The notes under the pieces were generated by a model. That model searched no databases and was not told where the DNA came from. It worked only from the letters and a program-made list of their open reading frames with translations. A DNA stretch of 51,455 nucleotides, filler included, from Bipalium vagum (lineage: Eukaryota), in assembly GCA_037834085.1 (NCBI GenBank). It is 3 parts of 3 records of this genome, joined end to end, with 100 filler letters (N's around TTAATTAATTAA, not from the genome) between each part and the next. Parts side by side here need not be neighbours in the genome. Positions count along the whole stretch, not along the records: positions 35,837 to 51,455 come from JBBMKC010155385.1; 2 more parts are not named here. One strand, written 5' to 3'. The stretch's first letter is position 1, and every line of letters begins with the position of its first letter. Position numbers and translations under genes: made by a program. This document shows positions 41,688 through 51,455 of this stretch, in pieces.

Positions 41688-44600
41688 CTGATAGCTGATG
41701 TTGCAAATACTTTCCCTTTACTTCCGAACAGCAAAACAATAAAGGAAGCAACAACGACAATTAAATCTGAACATTATTTTTCATTCATGAAATGGATATC
41801 AGAAAATATTACCTATTAAAGATATTGGTTTTCTCATGAAACGCAAACGACCACTTAGACCTAAATATTTACTTCTACACCCAGAAGACCACAGTCTTAT
41901 TATGTATTCTGCCCCAAAGAAAAAAACAAGGATAGTTTCCTTAAAAATAATTAATTCGAATGAAAGAGTAATGAGAAGAGGATATGCATTAAGAAGAACA
42001 AATGACAACATACCGATATATAATAAAGAAAACTAAGAGTCTGAACGTTTAGCATTAATAATATTCGCGAAAACATCAATAAAAAGTGAAAGTGCGAAAA
42101 CATAAAATGTTAGAAAAAAATCGGGAGTTTTTCTACCCATGAAATATTACCAATCGAACGATCTAGTACGTGTATTTTGATAAGAATTGGTATACACCAC
42201 TATACAAGATTATTTGATGTGATCTATATTAGCTACCTCTGCCGCGTCTAGTAGGTATCGAAACCTACGACAGCTTGTTTTACATCTTCCCAATTCAAAT
42301 GTACCATTACCTTCTTGATAGCATCATGTAATGACTTTATTGTTTTCTGAGGGCTTGTATTGACCTGTGACTCAACTACACGTCATGGATAATAATTGAG
42401 AACAATGCAATCAGGGCTGGAAGAAGGGCACAAATCTGGTGGCTAATGGTATGTTAGATTTTCAAAATATGACAGAAATGGTGAATAAGGTAAATGAGCC
42501 TCAATTTCGTAACCAAACTCATCAAAATTTCTAACTTCAGTCATGAAACATGCGGTCAAATATTGCTGTTAAGTAAAATCGATTCGATTCGATTCACTAA
42601 ACCAATGCATTTTTATATACTTTTTGTACATTTGGTCAATTCTATCGGCGTTATTGGTTTCACGGTATTTCAAAAAGTTAAAATGAATTGCAACAATATT
42701 TTACCACCAAATATTTATCATTGTTTTCTTTGGAAAACTAATCTGGTAATGTGATAGGTTCTGGGTCGAATCTCGGTATCTCTGCTTAATTTTCAGCTAA
42801 CAATCTTTATCAAGTTATTGAGTTGATCGAAAATGGTTTTCATATAAAATCAATTATTGTCACACGTGATTATTTGTTCAAGAAATGATTCATTTCGATT
42901 GCCTCAAAGTCATATCGAAGAAACTCGTAAGGGAAAATATTTGAGGAATCCATTTATCCATTTTTTATGCAAAATTCCGGAAACGTTTAGGCCACCTTAA
43001 TAAGAACAATATCGTTTTTCTCTAACAGTCAAATATGAATGTTAATTAAATAAAAACGAAATAGGAACCAATTTTAATAAGCATGCATGGCAAAACTGTT
43101 TTCAGGTTGAACAATAGAGGGTAGAGAAAACTTGACTTTTAATGCACCTACAAATTTTATAGAGAGGTTTCAGATAAAAAGATTAATTAGGATTTTTGTT
43201 GCTTAAAAGATGTCAAGTTAAAGTGTCCAAGTTTCACAAGTCTAACTTTTTAACCAATCATATTCTCCTAAAAGTTGTAATATTTTTTTAATTTCTTATT
43301 CTTATATTTGGAACTTGAGACGGTTAACGAAGTCAAATCTTTCTCGATCTCAATTTTATTTCCTCATAGATCTGAATTTGAGAGAAAACTCATTTAATGA
43401 GTCATCCGTTCAAAGATCATTTTCTCGAATCAGTACGTAATTAAACCTCAAAATTGATACATCCATTCAACGAAGTGTCGAAGAAATGAACGTCATTATT
43501 ACTCCTTCCAATTCAATAAAAACTTTTTTGTCAAAATTTGAAAATTAACCAAAATCTTTTTTATTGGTTTATGAAAGTTGATCAATATTCTCCTATTGAT
43601 ATGACTAAAAACCTCAATTCTCAACGATTTTCTTCACTTACGCGTACTCTTTTCTTATCAAAGCACAATTTTTCTAAAATTCAAAAAACGGGAAAAAATT
43701 AGAAAAATCTCTGTAATTTTAGTCCTTAAAAACTTTAATTTCTTCGGAAATTGGAGAAATTAGGTTTATTTAAACTATTTTATTTTTCTCAATTTTTGTC
43801 CATTTGTTCACAGTAGCTGCGGATTCTGTGAAAAAAAATCCATTTTATCTGATGAGGGATTTTCAATTATTATCTTTTCAACGATCGGGAACTGAAAATT
43901 ATTAATTAAATTTTCTCATTGGTTATTAAATACTTAATATATTCACAGAAATATAATGATTTGAAAAAATTATCTCTTGTTTGAATAGACGGAAAAAGAA
44001 TATATATAAAGGACCAAAAAACTTTCTGCTTAATAATTAATATAATTGTAAAAAATATTTTATGCAAATATTTCCAAATTTCCAAATCAATTCGAAACAA
44101 ATTGCGCATTGATTAATTCAAGTAATACTTTCCGAATTGATCAATAATTAAAACAAGAATATAAAAATAAATTTAACAAAAATAAATAAATAAAACAAAG
44201 ATATTTTCCATGAAATTCCAATTTTATTTCAATCACGATTCTAGTAACAGATGTCATTTCTATATATTGTGGGAATTTTTCAAGTAATTAATTAAAACAA
44301 ATTAAGTAAGTTTATTTGGGAATTTTATATTTTTCCAAATAATTAATTATTTTTTCATAACAAAGTCCAGAACTTTTTTGTGAAAAAGATGTAATCAAAA
44401 TAATATTTTTCATTCTAAAAAAATCAAAATTGTAAAAATATATATATAGATAAATAATATATTAATAATAATTTATTTAAACTTATTTTAAAAATACAAT
44501 AATTATTTTTATATAAAAAATAGTGATAATCTACAGTAAATAATATTTTTAAAAAATAATATTAAATATTATAAAATAAAAAATATTAAAAAATATATAA

Positions 44601-44825
44601 ATAATATTTTTTAATCAATATAAAATATTTTAAAATCGAAAAAATAGTGAATTTAATATTGGATAAACAAATTTAGTTATCAATTTTTTATAAATCAATT
44701 TAATAAATATTTTTTAAAATTTTGTTTTATATATATAACAATAAAAAATCAATTTAGTATTAATATATTTTATTATTTTATTAACCATTACATATTTCTT
44801 ATATCCAAAAACAAATTGCAAACTG

Positions 44826-44856
<31 letters not shown>

Positions 44857-45044
44857 GCTGTTGCTATTATTATTTTTAATATTATTAATATATTTAATAT
44901 TATTAATATATTATATTATTGTTATATTATTATTGTTATTATAATATTATAATATTATTATTATATAATATTATTATTATTATAATATTATTTTATTATC
45001 ATTTTATTATTATTATTCTATTATTATATTATTATTAATATTAT

Positions 45045-45075
<31 letters not shown>

Positions 45076-45446
45076 CGTATTTTCTTACCATTATAAAAAG
45101 AAGATAGCTTGATATTTCGTAGTAAACATCAATTGTCGAAATAACACTAAAGATCAGACAAACCAAAACCATTAGAAACCTGAAAAGTTTTATTTAGAAG
45201 CCCTCGTTATAATTAATGATTCTCATACACAGTAAAATGATATAAAAAGCATTTCCATCCCGTGGGTCTTTCCAAGAAATTGTAAATCTTCGTTTTCAAT
45301 GGCAAGGGATTTTTGCCTCCTATCGGACGTAAAATCTTTGAGCCCACTGAAAAGGCCGAAAATCTCTTTCTGACAAAAGACTTTGGGATTGACAGTTTTT
45401 CACTACTTCCAAACTCATCATCAATATTTAAATCTACTTTGAGCAT
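41688..45446 (-). CDS. KCNQ1: KCNQ1-type voltage-gated potassium channel, 5' part only (N-terminus, S0-S3, start of S4)
   Basis: Exons 45446-45229 (..[21 protein letters not shown]), 45179-45089 ([21 protein letters not shown], 91 nt), 41939-41813 ([42 protein letters not shown], 127 nt) and 41766-41688 ([27 protein letters not shown], 79 nt); all [12 protein letters not shown] is KCNQ1-type. Later exons were not found in the window. Confidence 0.92.
42130..43002 (-). mobile_element. decayed mariner element in KCNQ1 intron 2
   Basis: [22 protein letters not shown]-like C-terminal part and a mariner-like [26 protein letters not shown] central part; TIR-like end CCGGAAACGTTTAGGCCACCTTAATA. May be a composite of two fragments. 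Confidence 0.6.
42749..42804 (+). mobile_element. tRNA-Ala-derived SINE-like repeat, copy 2
   Basis: ATGTGATAGGTTCTGGGTCGAATCTCGGTATCTCTGCTTAATTTTCAGCTAACAAT aligns with the reverse complement of 575-630. Confidence 0.6.
44828..45075. repeat. degenerate (ATT)n / AT-only low-complexity tract at the 5' end of KCNQ1 intron 2
   Basis: Direct reading. Confidence 0.9.
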
Positions 45447-46060
45447 AACCGTCTGACAATTTTATGGAAAAATTTTCATATAAATTAGATAAAACCGATT
45501 AGAAAATCTGATATAAAGAATTTATTAAAAGTTATTTTTTAATTTTAAACTAATTAATGATATAAAGGTTATAAAATGAGTCATTAAAACACAAATTAAA
45601 ATATTAAGATTTCCGATGAATTTTTTTATTTTAAATAAAAATGGAAAATTATTTAAGATTTTCTTTCAAAAAAATTTTAATTTTGTTTTTTCTTTTTATT
45701 AGAAAATTTTTTCATGAACAAAATCGTAACAGTGATAATCAAAAATTTTTAATTGTAAAAACGCTAATAAATTTTACTTATATTAAAATAATACAAACAG
45801 AAATAAATTTCTGAATTAGAAAAAATCAAAATTTCGAAATTTGAGAAACATGTTTAATTATTTGTTATCATGAAATCACATGAACAGATATTGAGAATTT
45901 ATTCTAATTTTTACAAGGGATTTTTATAACTGCTGATTTTTTAAACCTGGATTTTGAACCAAATCAATATTTGAAATGTCTCTTTTTGATATCATTAGAT
46001 ATTTCCAATAACTTTTTATAGATGGGCATTTCAATATTATTATTATTCTTATTATTATTC

Positions 46061-46101
<41 letters not shown>

Positions 46102-46648
46102 GACAAGTATCTAATGAATATAATAAATATTAATGAGGAAAAGGAAAATTTCACTAAAAAGTACTTTCTATATAAAGGATATTTAATTCAATAATATATA
46201 TGTGTATATTAATTTTACGAATTAAGTTAATAAATAATCGATAATCATGTCATTTGTTAGGTTAAAAGACTTTTTCCATTTTAAAATAAAAATATATTTA
46301 TTTAACATTGCAATATCAAATTATGTAATCGATTTTGTGCCAATAAAATATAATATATATTAAAAGAAATATTTGTTCTCAAATTCCTGACGCACAATGT
46401 ATAATATTAATATTAGATAGTCTAAAAGTATTCAGTCTTTTTCACTATATGGGCTTAGAGTCATACACACCGCATATTATAATTAACACCAGGTTTAAAT
46501 TAACATTAAATAAACGGTAAATATATATTTACTATTACGTTGTGATGTTTAAGACTTATATGTTTGTGGAGACCTCCAGGCTCCAGTGAAAAATCAACCA
46601 AATCATTAATAAATTGATTTAAAACATTTAATTGATCAAAATATTATA

Positions 46649-47957
46649 CAGGGTGCGTGGAGTTATTTGAGTACAAAAATTGTTAAAATATATCATGATA
46701 ATTTTTTAGTGGCGCTAAAATTGATTTGCAATATTTATTGATACAACATTAAATAATTATTTTTTAATTTAGAAATGAAGAGATAACTTTTGAATTAACA
46801 AAAGAAATAATGAGGTATGCAGTTATTTTTTGCATTAGCCGTCGGACACAATGACTTGGAAATTTCCAAATTTCTCAATGTGGGCAGATCATATGTCAAT
46901 AAAATTAGAAAGGCATGTTTGGCATCTGATCGAAATGTTTTCTCTATATCTGAAAGAAAAATACATTTCTCACGTTCAGACATTGTCAGAAATGTTAATT
47001 TTTTTTCAAAAAGTCCAGGATGTTGTTCATGAAAGTCCTGGAACATCAATGACAGAAATTGCCTATCAACTATCGGTTTCTGAGTCAACAGTAAGACGAA
47101 CGGTACACAATGATTTAAAATGCAACTCCTACGTCATGAGAAGAAGACATTTCGTATCGTCAAAAAGCAAAGAAAATCGTTTAATCCACTCGAAGTGTCT
47201 TTTAAACAAAATCAAGCATCCTGATCATCCAAGCATGCCATTGGTTCTTTTCTGATGAAAAACTTTTTACTCAAGATCAAAAGGTTAAGAGGTTTAAGGT
47301 TAATCGATGGCTGTGCTCCAGTGCTTCTGAAGTTCCTAATGTTATGCACATCAAGTTTCCATCATCTTTAATGATATTGGGTGTTGTGAGCAACAAAGGT
47401 CATATTATGCTTACGTATTTCTTTCCACAGGGACTTAGAATTAATGCATCTCTTTATATCGAATTTCTGGATACATATGTGAAGCCCTGGATTGAAAAAG
47501 TTTGCCCACGACAGGCCTTATGCGTTCCAACAAGACTCAGCTTCTGCTATACAGCATTAAAAACACAAAAATGTTTATCGATAAATTTTAACGATTCTAA
47601 GCTTATGACCACTTAGCTCACCCGATTTAATCCTTTGAACTATTTCGTATGGGACGTCGTAGAGAAGGAGACGAACAAACATCCTCATAATACCAAAGAT
47701 TCATTACTGGCTTCTATAATTTCTGCTATGATAAATATGAACAAAAACTATTTGATCGCGGCTTGTAACCTTTTCAAAAGCCGACTTGAAGCTGTAATCG
47801 ACACTGAAGGTGATTTTCTAAATAAATAAAACTTGTGCACTTAAAACAAATAAAGTTTCTAATATTGCTTAAAAATATACTCATTAAAAATATTTTCATT
47901 AAAAATGTTACTTGCCTTTAATATCAATTTTTGTCCTCAAATAGCTGACGCACCCTG
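46649..47957 (+). mobile_element. full-length but frameshifted maT (DD37D, Bmmar1-like) transposon, 1309 bp
   Basis: TIRs CAGGGTGCGTGGAGTTATTTGAGTACAAAAATTG and CAATTTTTGTCCTCAAATAGCTGACGCACCCTG, with TA on both sides. Motifs VSESTVRRTVHNDL, FSDEKLF, MILGVVSNKG, QQDSA, SPDLNPLNYFVW, FKSRLEAVIDTEGDF. Confidence 0.92.
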
Positions 47958-49389
47958 TATATTATTAAGGCCCAGCATTTCTTAGATGGGTACCTTGGTC
48001 GACGAGCTTTGTGGTTTAACATCGTTTCTTCAATCTGAACTTTTATATTTGGAAAACCTAAATGGATAGGATTTTTATCAAAATATTTTTTATATTCCTA
48101 TTAGTTTGGCTCGAAATTTGATAAACACTGACCTATCAATGTATATATGAAATAATAAATAACACTTTTATATCATTAACATACTTTATGATATCGCATA
48201 GTTGACTACTATTATTGAATACATCATATTTGATCTCCAGTCGTTAGATTTATAATTTCATCGTACTGGCTGCACTTATTGAATTATGATTTAACAATAT
48301 AATAATTATTGTATAAAATAATCTCAATATAAGTTTAATTTATTCCATGTGTGAAAAATGATCTGTTTATCACCCAATGTGTACAATTTGAGCTACAATA
48401 TTTCAATAGGTCAAAAAAAGCATTCTCCAAAATTTTATTAGTAAGATAAAGTAATTACTATTAATAATAATATAATATAATTAATATATTACAAATTTTA
48501 TAAAATTTACTATAAATAGAATTATAAATTAATATTTTATAAAATAATTTAATAACAGTAATAAAATAGTAATAAAAAATTGATAAAATAAAAAAATAGA
48601 AATATTGATTATAATTAAGTTACGGTAACTGAAAAAAAATTTTTTTTGATTAAGGCTAAATTATTTGGTACCACCATTTCACCCTCATTTCTATAATCGC
48701 TTTCAGCAATTTAATTAAAAACTACCAGCAAAGTAAATCTTACTAATAGTATCCAGAACATTATAAAAGGCAGCCACAACTCCAGTATTTGAAAAGAGAC
48801 AAAAGAAAATAAAAAATTTTGAAGTGATCCAGAAGAATTTTGTTTTAAAAATTTAATTGTATTTCGTAGTTAGATGATTTAACTAATCAATAAATAGTAA
48901 AATATAATAATAACCTGGTTTCACACATTACACAAGAGAACCGTTCCTTAAATAAAGTTATGATTATCTACCATAATTCGATTACGAAGTGTCAACTAGA
49001 AATCAATTAATTAATATAAATAAGTTCTAAAGGTTTGATCACCAATCTTAACGCTTTACGATTAAATAATTGTTATTTTTACTTCTCTCTTAGTATTTTC
49101 ATTTTTTGTGCTCTCCACGTAATAGGACAGAGAACCGAATTTTTAACTGGAATGCCCTTGAGAATAAGTTATCGAAGGCTTATCTGACTTATCGTACGAG
49201 TCTATTTCTCCGGGTTTTAACTTCAAATAATTTGTAATCATTATTGATAACCAATATTTATTAAAAATATACATTTGTGAATAACCTTGTTATCTGAGTT
49301 AATAAATTTGTGCTTATTATTTTACTCAAAAGTTAGTTTTTCTTTTTATTCGATTTATTACAATTAAAAAAAATAATATTCAAGCAATT

Positions 49390-50270
49390 TGTCATTATAA
49401 ACGATTACAACTATTTCATTGCTGCTTACACTACGCACAAATAAACCATTCTGATAAAAGTAATTTTATGTTAACTTGCTCTAAGACATCTCAGATCTTC
49501 CCTTAACTTTTACTCCATATTAACAAACTTAACATGTTTATGTTGATGATATTCTATCAAAAGCAACAGCAAAAAAGATGGTTCAGTCGATTTCGTTAAG
49601 GAAATTTCGATGTTGCAGAAGCGTCTTGGTCTGGTCGAGAAGTCCCAGAAAAACATTAAAAAATAATGGCAAGGTTGAAGAAGATCAATACTTAGGCAGT
49701 CATTTTATTGCGAAAGAACTACGTGCTAATCACCAAACATTTTAAAATGATTTAAAGAAAGCGGGATACCAAAAGAAACTCGGCGTTTGGGCCACTTAAT
49801 TTGTCGACAAAATATTTAATCGATAGAATTTCCATTTGCGAATTGCTATTAAAAAGAAATGAAATTGATCTCTTTCGGAAAGATTTAAATACTGAGAATT
49901 AAAAATGGATTACATACGAAAACATAGTTCGAAAAAGATCGTTGTTGAAAAAATTGACGCTAAACAAACAATGCCAAAGCCCGGGTTGACTTCTAAAATT
50001 CAATGTCAGCTGTCAGATGAGCATTCAATGATATTATGAGATTCTCCCGAGTGACACAATAATTGACTCAAATCTTTAATAATAATAATTATTTATAATA
50101 ATTATCAATAATTATCAATATTGGAACTATCACTTAAAATAAGATGACCAGAACTCATAAACAGAAAAGGTATCTTCTTTCATCATTACAACATCCGACC
50201 ACATAAATTTATTACTACCCAGCAAAAATTGAAAAAGTTGGGATTTGAAATTTTGGTCTAGATCATTCAC
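49390..50270 (+). mobile_element. decayed mariner element
   Basis: RWFSRFR.GNFDVAEASWSGR, RISICELLLKRNE, KWITYENIVRKRS, RKGIFFHHYNIRPH. Confidence 0.85.
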
Positions 50271-50284
50271 AATTTGATCTAGAC

Positions 50285-50537
50285 CAGTGGTCTTCAACCT
50301 GGGCGATATCGCCCACTAGTGGGCATTTTGAAATATTGGGTGGGCCATAGAAAGAACTCCTTGGCTTCGAAAACTCTTTCAACTACTATACTAGTTGTAG
50401 ATATTGCATTCTCTTTTGAAAAAAAACATTATTTGGATTTCAATAAGTTTTTCAAAGTATGGATGGGCGATAGATTTTTTATAGATGGGAATGTGCCAAA
50501 GGTGGGCGTTAGGCTAAAAAAGGTTGAAGGCCGCCTG
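50285..50537 (+). mobile_element. hAT (Charlie-like) MITE
   Basis: Left TIR CAGTGGTCTTCAACCTG preceded by ATCTAGAC (Charlie-type target site); right end AAAAAAGGTTGAAGGCCGCCTG. The right TSD is not preserved. Confidence 0.75.
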
Positions 50538-51380
50538 ATTATCATTTGCTTAGGTCTATACAGAAACCCATTCATATTGTGAAATTCAATCCAACAGATG
50601 CGTGTGAAATCCGAAACTGTTTACATCGATGGTATTACTTTGCTCGCAGAAAAATGACAGTAGGTCACCAAACTAAACGGTACATATTTGGTTTAATTAG
50701 GTTTATTTTAAATATAATAATTTTGTTGTCTAAAGGATCAATACTTTTTAGTCTACCTAATACAATGATATTCTTCATGAGACATTTCAATAACCCGAAT
50801 TGAGTATTATAAACTGATTGTTATAAAAAAATTTTCTTTTGTATTATATTTTTTTTTATTAATTTTACACAAAATAATGATTTCAAAATTAAATCGATTT
50901 AAAAATCACAATATAATCATTATCTTTAACAAAAAACAATAATTTAATAATTATAAAAATAATTTTTTTTTGTTCTTTTATTAATATTATATTATTGGTA
51001 TTGAATGACATCCGGAACTGGAAACTTGACTGAAGCACAACCATTTTATCATATCCGTTCAAGTTAAAATTTCCATTTATCAAATTAATAATAATCAAAA
51101 AAATTCTATCATCATACTTGAATTCTACACCACCTATTTACAGGTGTTGATAATAATTAATTTTATTATTTTCAGACATTATTTTAAACAAGGAAAGAAT
51201 AATTGGTAATTCTGGAGAATAATTAATATTTTGAAAATTGTAATTATTACTGAAAATAAACCAATTTGTACAAGCGCCTAGATTTTTGTAAGGATATCAC
51301 GAAAATACATTAATTACAGATAAATTGTTAATTACAGTATAACAAAAAATAAATGCTGATTAAATGTTGTCAATATACCA

Positions 51381-51381
<1 letters not shown>

Positions 51382-51455
<74 letters not shown>
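51382..51455. repeat. (TAA)n microsatellite at contig end
   Basis: Direct reading. Confidence 0.95.

Noticed and set aside
50889-51380. Possible exon or ORF near the right end
   Set aside because: Short frames with multiple stops and no recognisable motif.

Overview
Very AT-rich animal (invertebrate-type) nuclear DNA. The window is three contigs (1-19885, 19986-35736, 35837-51455) joined by an artificial 100-nt spacer (N44-TTAATTAATTAA-N44), so adjacency across the spacers is not evidence of linkage. Three host genes are well supported, all on the minus strand: a complete two-exon TASK-type K2P channel (471 aa), a five-exon methylcrotonoyl-CoA carboxylase alpha subunit (758 aa, with no visible mitochondrial presequence), and only the first four exons of a KCNQ1-type channel. 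The rest is mostly decayed transposons: many mariner, Tc1, maT and DD37E remnants, a pogo-like MITE, a hAT MITE, a solo LTR with a 4-bp TSD nested in a mariner, gag-like sequence, an RLE-type non-LTR 3' end embedded in (AAT)n, and two copies of a tRNA-Ala-derived repeat, plus (TAA)n microsatellites. I found no clearly new multi-gene system. The best leads are a virus/Polinton-like relic with a trimeric-fibre motif (~18.25-19.4 kb), the presequence-less MCCC1, the missing KCNQ1 3' half, the microsatellite-associated RLE retroelement and a candidate spliced 74-aa membrane microprotein. All family assignments come from motif recognition by eye; no searches were run.
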